Below, piece by piece: positions 1 through 13,284 of a DNA stretch of 44,963 bases; positions within the stretch are counted from its first letter, which is position 1; each line of letters starts with the position of its first letter. The position numbers and the translations under genes are program-made. The DNA lies in assembly GCA_032718475.1 (NCBI GenBank), contig JAUCBJ010000901.1, forward strand, positions 1 through 44,963. Direction: 5' to 3'. The notes below the pieces were generated by a model. The model did not search any database. It was not told where the DNA came from and worked only from the letters and a program-made list of their open reading frames with translations. Source of the DNA: Nemertoderma westbladi. Lineage: Eukaryota > Animalia > Xenacoelomorpha.

Positions 1-275
1 TAGTTGACAACGAACATTGATAATACCGAACATGGCTAATTAATCCCTGAAATCTTCCGACATGAATTTAGTTCTTTTCCCAATGAGTAAATTTCCAGAA
101 GCTGCGGCGTGTCTGGTAGTAGCTCCTCGAACCTGTTTGAAGTTTGGAGCTTCCCACAAGTCGACGATATAGAAACCCTGCCCCGAGTAACTTATCAGCT
201 CCCACAGCAATGAAGTACCACTGGTCAGCAACGATAGAATGGATGCCACCATCATCAAGCGTTATACTAATCGGT
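1..275 (-). pseudogene. possible degenerate LamG/concanavalin A-like domain fragment
   Basis: One minus frame reads ...LDDGGIHSIVADQWYFIAVGA...LYRRLVGS...WEKN*IHVGRFQGLISHVRYYQCSLST. WYFIAV and F.G.I..VR.Y...LS resemble LamG-3/pentraxin-like motifs. There is an in-frame TAA at 68-70, and the frame runs off the window edge. Confidence 0.3.
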
Positions 276-464
276 TATTCATCACGTTACTCATCCATAT
301 ACTGTACACAGTTTTGATAAAGGCAGTGATTGTGAATGTCTCTGTGCTTAGTTCAAGTTCAAAATATCTATAGTAGGTCATGATTGGCGCTTTGGTTAAA
401 TTTCTTAAATACTAATTTTGTGATAGAATAGCTCAATTTAAATTTATATCTCATAAATGAGCCC

Positions 465-493
465 CGTGTTGCGCGAAGGCCCCACGAACGTGT
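465..493 (+). mobile_element. 3' terminus of a Helentron-associated (DINE-1/HINE-like) element
   Basis: CGTGTTGCGCGAAGGCCCCACGAACGTGT is nearly identical to the 3' ends at 11120-11148 and 13204-13232. Confidence 0.6.
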
Positions 494-713
494 ACATTAT
501 TGGATATAACAAAATGTAGGCCTATGATAGATGTATAGGTCACTTCTTGTATAAGTTACAGTATGTTATGTTTAACAAAGAAACACTAACAAGTGGTCTA
601 CGTACATCCATACATTAAGTAGCTTTTATAGAATTAGTACATTATTTGTTGGTTGTCTTCAGTCTAAAATTCAAATGGAAAATCTGAAAAATGGACAATT
701 TTAAATCGATTAA

Positions 714-1863
714 CCCTATTAAACCCGGGGGGGGGGGGGGGTCAATGTGACACCCTCGTGGTTTTTTTATAATTCTGAAACAAATACAGTTGGGAATCTG
801 AAATTTTATGACTTTTCCTAAAAATCTATTGTCTTTCTAGTAGTGAAAACCGTTTTCAAAAATATTGGGTAGTTTTCGAGTTTGAGCACCATTTTTTTAT
901 CCCTACTTTTGGCACTTTTTTTGAGACGTTTTTTGAAAATTACAGTTCATTAAATATGATTTGTAACATCTCTATTTTTGATTACACCGGTTTTTTGGTG
1001 TTAGCAATTGGATGGAATTCATATAAATTGATTTAGAAATTTCAAACTTGTTTTTTTTCGGCGGGTGTCAAATTTTGGTGCCAGCACCAAGTTTTGAAAT
1101 ATGTCAATTTTGTAAATTAATTGTTTTAAACTTGTTTTATACGCAATTGGGGTTTTTTGGGGTTCTGGTTTCGATGGTATATATACGAGTTGCACCAAGC
1201 GTATCAAACTTGTATTTTTCGGTGCTGTGTGCAAATTTTGGTGCTAGCACGAAATTTTGAAAATCCATTCAATAGATAAAATTGCTTTTGACAATTTATT
1301 TCTTGCGTTTTAGAGGTTAATGGCTGTTTTGAATTCAATAGAATATATAATTATCGAACTAGACATCTCAAACTTGTATTTTTCGGAAGTGGGTGCAAAA
1401 TGTGGTGCTAGCACCAAATTTTGAAAACCATCAAATATATCAATTGATTGTCTCTTGCGTTATAGGGGTTTGTGAGGGTTCTGAATTCAATGGAATCAGC
1501 AAAAATTTCATAAGAGTTTTCAAACTTGTATATTTCGCCGGTGGGTGAAAATTGTTGTGCCAGCACCAAATTTTTGAAAATAAGCAAATCGATCAGTAGA
1601 TAGTATCATCTTGTTTCTTGCGTTATACGGGTTTATGAGGGTCTTGAATCCGATGGAATGAATAAAAACAGCACTGGACATCGCAAACTTGTACTTTTTG
1701 GTGATGTGTACGAAATTGGGTGATAGCACCAAAATTTGCCAAATTACGCGGAAAAATACAAGTAGCAATGATCTGGCATAACAGAAATGTATTCCATTAG
1801 AATCAGCGCCCTAGAAAACCTATAAATGTGAATTTATAGGTTTTCTAGGGCGCTGATTCTAAT
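714..1863 (+). mobile_element. non-autonomous DNA transposon remnant with a TTAA|CCC left end and internal ~160-bp repeats
   Basis: TTAA (710-713) is followed by CCCTATT and a G-run, a piggyBac-like terminus. Five diverged ~152-164-bp units (core CAAACTTGTATTTTTCGG...GGTGCTAGCACCAAATTTT) lie at ~1042, 1205, 1369, 1521 and 1685. No convincing right end was found. Confidence 0.5.
1796..1863. repeat. perfect inverted repeat (32-bp arms, 4-nt loop)
   Basis: ATTAGAATCAGCGCCCTAGAAAACCTATAAAT-gtga-ATTTATAGGTTTTCTAGGGCGCTGATTCTAAT. Confidence 0.95.
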
Positions 1864-2029
1864 AAGTGTTCGTATAAGTGAATAAAAAATTTTGTGTTCT
1901 AACTGAAAAGTGCTGGTTACTTGTTTTTTTTTCATTTTTTTCCTACGCAGATAGGACTAAACAGCCATTTATAGTAATCATACCATATTTTGAAAATCAA
2001 ATTAAATATTTTCATAAAACCGGATTTGT

Positions 2030-2360
2030 CGTTTCTGAACTCGACTTCGAATTTATAGAATTATAAATTTAATTATCCGAAATCAGTTGGATATATTTCA
2101 ACATTCTTATTTCCTTATCTGAAATCCTGATGTAATTTCTGAAATCAAAAAAACGAATTCCGAAAACGATATGGAATTTCTGAAAGCCAAATGGCGCATG
2201 TTGAAATTGAAATGTACATACTTTTATAAAAACAAAATGGTATATTCTGAAATCGAAATGGATTTACTGAAATCAAACTATAACATTATGAAATCAAAAC
2301 AAAAACACTTGAAACCCAATTAGACCTTTCTGAAATCAATGTGATGTTCTCTGAAATACA
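2030..2360. repeat. degenerate ~20-21-bp tandem repeat (core TCTGAAATC)
   Basis: (T)CTGAAATC-like cores recur about 20-21 bp apart (e.g. 2118, 2138, 2159, 2179) with variable linkers. Confidence 0.6.
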
Positions 2361-2479
2361 TTGAACAAGAGAAGGTGGGACAAGAGCAGATAATTTTATT
2401 GATCAGAAAACTTTTCTTCCGAAGCTTGGAATATTTACTCTGATCAGTGCCATAGCACTTGTACAAATCCGATCAATGT

Positions 2480-5400
2480 TATACTACAACTTATACCTAT
2501 AATACTACAACCTATACCTATAATACTACAACCTATACCTATAATACTACAACCTATACCTATAATACTACAACCTATACCTATAATACTACAACCTATA
2601 CCTATAATACTACAACCTATACCTATAATACTACAACCTATACCTATAATACTACAACCTATACCTATAATACTACAACCTATACCTATAATACTACAAC
2701 CTATACCTATAATACTACAACCTATACCTATAATACTACAACCTATACCTATAATACTACAACCTATACCTATAATACTACAACCTATATCTATACTACT
2801 ACAACCTATACCTATAATACTACAACCTATAATACTACAACCTATACCTATAATACTACAACATATACCTATAATACTACAACCTAAACCTATAATACTA
2901 CAACCTATACCTATAATACTACAACCTATACCTATAATACTACAACCTATACCTATAATACTACAACCTATATCTATACTACTACAACCTATACCTATAA
3001 TACTACAACCTATAATACTACAACCTATACCTATAATACTACAACATATACCTATAATACTACAACCTAAACCTATAATACTACAACCTATACCTATAAT
3101 ACTACAACCTATACCTATAATAATACAACCTACACCTATAATACTACAACCTATACCTATAATACTACAACCTATACCTATAATACTACAACCTATACCT
3201 ATAATACTACAACCTATACCTATAATACTACAACCTATACCTATAATACTACAACCTATACCTATACTACTACAACCTATACCTATAATACTACAACCTA
3301 TACCTATAATACTACAACCTATACCTATAATACTACAACCTATACCTATAATACTACAACCTATACCTATAATACTACAACCTATACCTATAATACTACA
3401 ACCTATACCTATAATACTACAACCTATACCTATAATACTACAACCTATACCTATAATACTACAACCTATACCTATAATACTACAACCTATACCTATAATA
3501 CTACAACCTATACCTATAATACTACAACCTATACCTATAATACTACAACCTATACCTATAATACTACAACCTATACCTATAATACTACAACCTATACCTA
3601 TAATACTACAACCTATACCTATAATACTACAACCTATACCTATAATACTACAACCTATACCTATAATACTACAACCTATACCTATAATACTACAACCTAT
3701 ACCTATAATACTACAACCTATACCTATAATACTACAACCTATACCTATAATACTACAACCTATACCTATAATACTACAACCTATACCTATAATACTACAA
3801 CCTATACCTATAATACTACAACCTATACCTATAATACTACAACCTATATCTATACTACTACAACCTATACCTATAATACTACAACATATACCTATAATAC
3901 TACAACCTATACCTATAATACTACAACCTATACCTATAATACTACAACCTATACCTATAATACTACAACCTATACCTATAATACTACAACCTATACCTAT
4001 AATACTACAACCTATACCTATAATACTACAACCTATACCTATAATACTACAACCTATACCTATAATACTACAACCTATAATACTACAACCTATACCTATA
4101 ATACTACAACATATACCTATAATACTACAACCTAAACCTATAATACTACAACCTATACCTATAATACTACAACCTATACCTATAATACTACAACCTATAC
4201 CTATAATACTACAACCTATACCTATAATACTACAACCTATACCTATAATACTACAACCTATACCTATAATACTACAACCTATACCTATAATACTACAACC
4301 TATACCTATAATACTACAACCTATACCTATAATACTACAACCTATACCTATAATACTACAACCTATACCTATAATACTACAACCTATACCTATAATACTA
4401 CAACCTATACCTATAATACTACAACCTATACCTATAATACTACAACATATACCTATAATACTACAACCTATACCTATAATACTACAACCTATACCTATAA
4501 TACTACAACCTATACCTATAATACTACAACCTATACCTATAATACTACAACCTATACCTATAATACTACAACCTATACCTATAATACTACAACCTATACC
4601 TATAATACTACAACCTATACCTATAATACTACAACCTATACCTATAATACTACAACCTATACTTACCTATAATACTACAACCTATACCTATAATACTACA
4701 ACCTATACCTATAATACTACAACCTATACCTATAATACTACAACCTATACCTATAATACTACAACCTATACCTATAATACTACAACCTATACCTATAATA
4801 CTACAACCTATACCTATAATACTACAACCTATACCTATAATACTACAACCTATACCTATAATACTACAACCTATACTGACCTATAATACTACAACCTATA
4901 CCTATAATACTACAACCTATACCTATAATACTACAACCTATACCTATAATACTACAACCTATACCTATAATACTACAACCTATACCTATAATACTACAAC
5001 CTATACCTATAATACTACAACCTATACCTATAATACTACAACCTATACCTATAATACTACAACCTATACTACCTATAATACTACAACCTATACCTATAAT
5101 ACTACAACCTATACCTATAATACTACAACCTATACCTATAATACTACAACCTATACCTATAATACTACAACCTATACCTATAATACTACAACCTATAATA
5201 CTACAACCTATACCTATAATACTACAACATATACCTATAATACTACAACCTATACTGTACCTATAATACTACAACCTATACCTATAATACTACAACCTAT
5301 ACCTATAATACTACAACCTATACCTATAATACTACAACCTATACCTATAATACTACAACCTATACCTATAATACTACAACCTATACCTATAATACTACAA

Positions 5401-8400
5401 CCTATATCTATAATACTACAACCTATACCTATAATACTACAACCTATACCTATAATACTACAACCTATACCTATAATACTACAACCTATACCTATAATAC
5501 TACAACCTATACCTATAATACTACAACCTATACCTATAATACTACAACCTATATCTATAATACTACAACATATACCTATAATACTACAACCTATACCTAT
5601 AATACTACAACCTATACCTATAATACTACAACCTATACCTATAATACTACAACCTATACCTACAATACTACAACCTATATCTATAATACTACAACATATA
5701 CCTATAATACTACAACCTATAATACTACAACCTATACCTATAATACTACAACATATACCTATAATACTACAACCTATACTTACCTATAATACTACAACCT
5801 ATACCTATAATACTACAACCTATACCTATAATACTACAACCTATACCTATAATACTACAACCTATACCTACAATACTACAACCTATATCTATAATACTAC
5901 AACATATACCTATAATACTACAACCTATACCTATAATACTACAACCTATACCTATAATACTACAACCTATACCTATAATACTACAACCTATACCTATAAT
6001 ACTACAACCTATACCTATAATACTACAACCTATACCTATAATACTACAACCTATACCTATAATACTACAACCTATACCTATAATACTACAACCTATACCT
6101 ATAATACTACAACCTATATCTATAATACTACAACATATACCTATAATACTACAACCTATACCTATAATACTACAACCTATACCTATAATACTACAACCTA
6201 TACCTATAATACTACAACCTATACCTATAATACTACAACCTATACCTATAATACTACAACCTATACCTATAATACTACAACCTATACCTATAATACTACA
6301 ACCTATATCTATAATACTACAACATATACCTATAATACTACAACCTATACCTATAATACTACAACCTATACCTATAATACTACAACCTATACCTATAATA
6401 CTACAACCTATACCTACAATACTACAACCTATATCTATAATACTACAACATATACCTATAATACTACAACCTATATCCATAATACTACAACCTATACCTA
6501 TAATATACAACCTATACCTATAATACTACAACCTATACCTATAATACTACAACCTATAATACTACAACCTATACCTATAATACTACAACCTATAATACTA
6601 CAACCTATACCTATAATACTACAACATATACCTATAATACTACAACCTATACTGTACCTATAATACTACAACCTATACCTATAATACTACAACCTATACC
6701 TATAATACTACAACCTATACCTATAATACTACAACCTATACCTATAATACTACAACCTATACCTATAATACTACAACCTATACCTATAATACTACAACCT
6801 ATATCTATAATACTACAACCTATACCTATAATACTACAACCTATACCTATAATACTACAACCTATACCTATAATACTACAACCTATACCTATAATACTAC
6901 AACCTATACCTATAATACTACAACCTATACCTATAATACTACAACCTATATCTATAATACTACAACATATACCTATAATACTACAACCTATACCTATAAT
7001 ACTACAACCTATACCTATAATACTACAACCTATACCTATAATACTACAACCTATACCTACAATACTACAACCTATATCTATAATACTACAACATATACCT
7101 ATAATACTACAACCTATATCCATAATACTACAACCTATACCTATAATACTACAACCTATACCTATAATACTACAACCTATACCTATAATACTACAACCTA
7201 TACCGATAATACTACAACCTATACCTATAATACTACAACCTATACCTATAATACTACAACCTATACCTATAATACTACAACCTATACCTACAATACTACA
7301 ACCTATATCTATAATACTACAACATATACCTATAATACTACAACCTATATCCATAATACTACAACCTATACCTATAATACTACAACCTATACCTATAATA
7401 CTACAACCTATACCTATAATACTACAACCTATACCTATAATACTACAACCTATACCTATAATACTACAACCTATACCTATAATACTACAACCTATACCTA
7501 TAATACTACAACCTATACCTATAATACTACAACCTATACCTATAATACTACAACCTATACCTATAATACTACAACCTATACCTATAATACTACAACCTAT
7601 ACCTACAATACTACAACCTATATCTATAATACTACAACATATACCTATAATACTACAACCTATATCCATAATACTACAACCTATACCTATAATATACAAC
7701 CTATACCTATAATACTACAACCTATACCTATAATACTACAACCTATACCTATAATACTACAACCTATACCTATAATACTACAACCTATACCTATAATACT
7801 ACAACCTATACCTATAATACTACAACCTATACCTATAATACTACAACCTATACCTATAATACTACAACCTATACCTATAATACTACAACCTATACCTATA
7901 ATACTACAACCTATACCTATAATACTACAACCTATACCTATAATACTACAACATATACCTATAATACTACAACCTATATCCATAATACTACAACCTATAC
8001 CTATAATATACAACCTATACCTATAATACTACAACCTATACCTATAATACTACAACCTATACCGATAATACTACAACCTATACCTATAATACTACAACCT
8101 ATACCTATAATACTACAACCTATACCTATAATACTACAACCTATACCTATAATACTACAACCTATACCTATAATACTACAACCTATACCTATAAAACTAC
8201 AACCTATACCTATAATACTACAACCTATACCTATAATACTACAACCTATACCTATAATACTACAACCTATACCTACAATACTACAACCTATATCTATAAT
8301 ACTACAACATATACCTATAATATACAACCTATACCTACAATACTACAACCTATACCTATAATACTACAACCTATACCTATAATACTACAACCTATACCTA

Positions 8401-9793
8401 TACTACTACAACCTATACCTATAATACTACAACCTATACCTATAATACTACAACCTATATCTATAATACTACAACATATACCTATAATACTACAACCTAT
8501 ACCTATAATACTACAACCTATACCTATAATACTACAACCTATACCTATAATACTACAACCTATACCTACAATACTACAACCTATATCTATAATACTACAA
8601 CATATACCTATAATACTACAACCTATATCTATAATACTACAACCTATACCTATAATATACAACCTATACCTATAATACTACAACCTATACCTATAATACT
8701 ACAACCTATACCGATAATACTACAACCTATACCTATAATACTGCAACCTATACCTATAATACTACAACCCATACCTATAATACTACAACATATACCTATA
8801 ATACAACAACCTATACCTATAATACTACAACCTATACCTATAATACTACAACCTATATCTATAATACTACAACATATACCTATAATACTACAACCTATAT
8901 CTATAATACTACAACATATACCTATAATACTACAACCTATATCTATAATACTACAACCTATACCTATAATATACAACCTATACCTATAATACTACAACCT
9001 ATACCTATAATACTACAACCTATACCTATAATACTACAACCTATACCTATAATACTACAACCTATACCGATAATACTACAACCTATACCTATAATACTGC
9101 AACCTATACCTATAATACTACAACCCATACCTATAATACTACAACATATACCTATAATACAACAACCTATACCTATAATACTACAACCTATACCTATAAT
9201 ACTACAACCTATACCGATAATACTACAACATATACCTATAATACTACAACATATACCTATAATACTACAACCTATACTGTACCTATAATACTACAACCTA
9301 TACCTATAATACTACAACCTATACCTATAATACTACAACCTATACCTATAATACTACAACCTATACCTATAATACTACAACCTATACCTATAATACTACA
9401 ACCTATACCTATAATACTACAACCTATACCTATAAAACTACAACCTATACCTATAATACTACAACCTATACCTATAATACTACAACCTATACCTATAAAA
9501 CTACAACCTATACCTATAAAACTACAACCTATACCTATAATACTACAACCTATACCTATAATACTACAACCTATACCTATAATACTACAACCTATACCTA
9601 TAATACTACAACCTATACCTATAAAGCTACAACCTATACCTATAAAACTACAACCTATACCTATAATACTACAACCTATACCTATAATACTACAACCTAT
9701 ACCTATAATACTACAACCTATACCTATAATACTACAACCTACAACCTATACCTATAATACTACAACCTATACTGTACCTATAATACTACAACC
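2480..9793. repeat. 21-bp minisatellite/satellite array (~345 copies)
   Basis: Unit ATACCTATAATACTACAACCT in tandem, with substitution and indel variants. The plus strand almost lacks G. Confidence 0.98.
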
Positions 9794-10263
9794 ATTGACT
9801 GGAATACAAACACAAATATTAATAAAATTGCATTATTGTACGGTGCGGTAGACCAAGACAGGTTAGTAAAGGAGCAAACTACAGGGGCGGGTGTGGGGAA
9901 CCAAAATACACTAAGAAATAAACGAAAGTTAACAAGTGTTACATAATTATGATAAATAATAATAAAAGGGTTAAAATAATAATTAAAACACAGACTGTAG
10001 ATGGAATTGCCTGGGAGGTGGGCAAATCAATAAAAGGAAGTCAACAGAACAGGTTCCAGTTTCTTTTTGGGAGTATCCTGCAGTTATTTGCGTCGATTTT
10101 CCCCTGGAAAGAGAATTTGGATTGCGTCGAAAGTCCCCCAATATCTGAAGGGGGTTCTGCCTCTCCGAAAAAAAATACAATATGGTGCGGTGGGGAATGA
10201 AAAAATACCCGAAATGGGTGGCGGTTGGAATAGAAGGAAGAGTTTTAACATGCAAACCGGTAC

Positions 10264-10269
10264 TTTATT
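10264..10269 (-). terminator. polyadenylation signal of the HIRAN-like gene
   Basis: AATAAA on the minus strand ~36 nt after the stop codon at 10305-10307. Confidence 0.5.
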
Positions 10270-10304
10270 CACAACTAGTTCGGAAATTACGTTCCACCAT
10301 TACT

Positions 10305-10446
10305 TTAAGTTTTAATGACTTCGAACACCTCTTTACTGTTATTCAGAGCGTCTATTACATACTTGTAGCTTTTGAGATCCAAGTTAGACAGAGTGTAACG
10401 ACAAGGTACACCTATTTCTTGAGCTTTCCCATCACCAATAGGGAAA
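10305..10446 (-). CDS. HIRAN-like domain protein, exon 2 (terminal)
   Basis: Strong phase-2 acceptor ttttctttcAG|T. Encodes (C)FPIGDGKAQEIGVPCRYTLSNLDLKSYKYVIDALNNSKEVFEVIKT* and joins in frame with the phase-2 donor at 13285. Confidence 0.6.
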
Positions 10447-10817
10447 CTGAAAGAAAATATTATATAAGATAATAAATAATATAAAATCAAATTTAATTCA
10501 AATCAAATTTAACAGTGGAATAGGGTTGGTGCGGGAACAAATTGTTGGGCTAGAAACAATCGAATAATGGGGTAAGAAGGTTTATTATTTTTCCACTGCC
10601 TAATATCCCTGTAGCGGGAGACTGCTGAGGTATTCTCCTCTCACGCAAATTATATTTCAGACCTTTGACAGACGACCCGGGTACTAAGCTCGCTTACATC
10701 GTCGCTGGCCCCACAATGAAACACAAACATAAATTCTTACCTACCGAATATTTTAGTTCTGTTCTGTATAATGATGATATGACATTGTAATAGAGAAACC
10801 ACAATAATTTTACAGTA

Positions 10818-11148
10818 TGTGGGGCGAGCCACAAAGTCAGCGAAGCCTTAGCATATGGGTACCATTAACGAGTTGTCTGTCGTCGTCGTCGTCTGTCGTC
10901 GTCGTAAATTTTGATCGTTGATAACTCGGTTATTCCTTGATGAAATTAAACGAAACTTGGTACGTATGTAGTCCGTCAAAAGTATAGAAAGAATCTGAAG
11001 TTTGGTCAAAAACGAACGAACGCAACGAGGCACAAGAGGACGAGTATTGTGTTGAAGACTTCTGACTAACGGCAGACAACTCGTTAATGGTGCCCATATG
11101 CTAAAGGCTTTGCTCACTTCGTGCTGCGCGAAGACCCCACGAACGTGT
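10818..11148 (+). mobile_element. Helentron-associated non-autonomous element (DINE-1/HINE-like), copy 1
   Basis: 5' TGTGGGGC and 3' ACCCCAC sub-terminal inverted repeat, GTC/GTCT microsatellite near the 5' end, and a small terminal hairpin CACG-AA-CGTG. The first ~210 bp are shared with 12621-12830. Confidence 0.7.
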
Positions 11149-11159
11149 TATTTCTGGGT

Positions 11160-11896
11160 TTACTTCTTGACTCGGCAATCGAAACCCTGACTGAACGACT
11201 TATGGGCGACTATGTTGAAGCAGTCAGTTGGAAACTTATTTAACCCTCAAAGAGAGAAACTACAAATAGTTTGTGGTCTACCGCCACCAGAGACTTTTTG
11301 TCAAATTATTAGAACAAAATTTTTATTGAAACTTCTATCGAAAGCCGGAGATATAAACTCCAAATGGTCCGACGGTGATATGAACTACAAGCATCGTTTT
11401 TTTCCCACATCAGTGATATTAAAGCATATTTTGCTTGGACGAATAATGAACGGTCGGGGCGCCTAATTGACCTCAAAAACTTGACCCCAGAGACTCCACA
11501 TTATAATCAGACACAAATGAGTACCTACACCCAAAATTTATGGAAACAGTGCATTAATCTTAATGATACCTTAGCGAAAACGAGACAATCCCCTCAACTT
11601 CTACCAATGAACTTTGCCTGTGCTAGACCGCAAGAAAATTTTATCTTAGGAATTATACTAGGGCAGGGAAATCTTGGACATATATGAGATTAATCTATGG
11701 AGATATCTTTGACAGCCGCTGTACTTGTGGGGAATCAGAAACAGAAATTCACTTTCTGTTAGAATGTCCCGATAGGAAAGGTCGCTCTGATTGTTTAATG
11801 AGGTCTATAAAGACAAACTGTTTGGACACCTTCGACGAGCTTATTTATAGTAGAGAAAATTATGTAATTAAATCACTTTTAGCTGCATCTTCTTAG
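11160..11896 (+). mobile_element. degraded 3' end of a non-LTR retrotransposon (LINE) ORF2
   Basis: Broken frames contain LQIVCGLPPP...RTKFLLKL (post-RT region) and a C-terminal zinc-finger pattern CTCGESETEIHFLLECP. An AT-rich tail with (TA)n lies near 12030. Confidence 0.65.
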
Positions 11897-12160
11897 TGAT
11901 ATAAACTGATATACTCAGTAGGGATATATTATAACTGATTTTAACGGGAAACCCCGATTTTACTTTATATTTTAAACAGTCTCCATTTTGCATGCAAATA
12001 TATGTCTTTCTATCTTAATTAAAAGAATAATATATATATATATATAACCCAAGACGAAAACTATGGGATCCCTCCGTCTAACCCTAATTGGAACCTAAAG
12101 TATGATTTTAGGCATTTATCAGGCCCTTCCGACCTGAAATACCAATATCTTATTTTTGTA

Positions 12161-12291
12161 CAGTATTAATATTAATAAACGCCGCTGCGTTTATTCGGGG
12201 AAGGCGTTTAAGTTGCTAATTTGATGGTAAGGGGGGCGTTAATTCGAGGGGGCGTTTATTCGAGGGTGGGTTATTATTCGAGTAAATACGG
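12161..12291. mobile_element. short Tc1/mariner-pogo type MITE
   Basis: TA|CAGTATT ... AATACGG|TA termini with TA duplication, plus internal GGCGTTTATTCG repeats. Confidence 0.6.
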
Positions 12292-12620
12292 TATATTATT
12301 GGCTTGAAATCATGTACATAGAAAGGCGCTTTATAAATAAATATTATTAATAATATAAAACTTATAATATATGAAGTATTAATAAATGTGCAAATTACTG
12401 TGAAAATTGGATTATTAATGAAATAAACGCATCTCACCATAAAGGAAGTCATGTGTACTATTTACAGCAGCTATAACATAGGCCTAGCTGAGACACCAGA
12501 ATAACTATTTATTACATTAAAAATATATTATATAAAGGGGTTACTTATAAGGGAAAAATATTTGTTTTTATTTGTTTTTGGAAAACATTTTTTTTTCAAA
12601 AAAATCGCCATTTGTCAGAT

Positions 12621-13232
12621 TGTGGGCGAGCCACGAAGTGAGCAATGCCTTAGCATATGGGTACCATTAACGAGTTGTCTGTCGTCGTCGTCTGTCGTAA
12701 ATTTTTGATCGCCAATAGCTCGGTTTTTCCTTGATGAAATTAAACTAAACTTGGTACGTATGTAGTCCGGCAAAAGTTTAGAAAGAATCTCAAGTTTGGT
12801 CAAAAACGAACGAACGAACGCAACGAGTTTACAGTGGATACGAGTATCTATCTGCCATAAATCAGCATTTAGTCTCACAGTTTCGAGACTTTGCCCAGTT
12901 ATAAAGGTCGTTAGTCTCCGTTTAGGGAAATTATTTTAAGACAAAACAGGCCGAGCGCAACGAGGCTAATGAAGGAGAAGAGTATTGTAAAACTAAAAAT
13001 GTCGTACTTAACTTAAATAGCCCTCGTTAGAAAGTTTACAAATGAGAGTTAAAGTGTGTAAGGGCAAACTGAAATGGATCTCTATTTTTACAACTAGTTT
13101 ATCACAAACTGATAGCATCGCCTTCACTCATATATATTTTAGGAAAGACAGTTTTCGTATATCTAATAGAGATTAGTATAATGTACTTTCTAATATAGGC
13201 TCTCGTGCTGCGCGAAGGCCCCACGAACGTGT
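12621..13232 (+). mobile_element. Helentron-associated non-autonomous element (DINE-1/HINE-like), copy 2
   Basis: Same 5' block (TGTGGGCGAGCCACGAAGTGAGC...GAGTTGTCTGTCGTCGTCGTCTGTCG) and same 3' end (CGTGCTGCGCGAAGGCCCCACGAACGTGT) as copy 1. Confidence 0.7.
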
Positions 13233-13284
13233 AATTAATTAGACTGACTAATAACACGTAAATTATTTCAACCAACTTACTAAC

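Noticed and set aside
2459-8976. ORFs of (YNTTTYT)n and (CSIIGIG)n, including an N-x-T sequon per repeat
   Set aside because: By-products of a 21-bp unit. Frequent frame-breaking indels and stops, and no unique coding flanks or splice context.
714-9974. Possible 9-kb piggyBac-like element from TTAACCCT (710) to AGGGTTAA (~9967-9974) enclosing the 21-bp satellite
   Set aside because: The match extends only ~4 bp beyond TTAA in AT-rich DNA, which is insufficient for a TIR pair.
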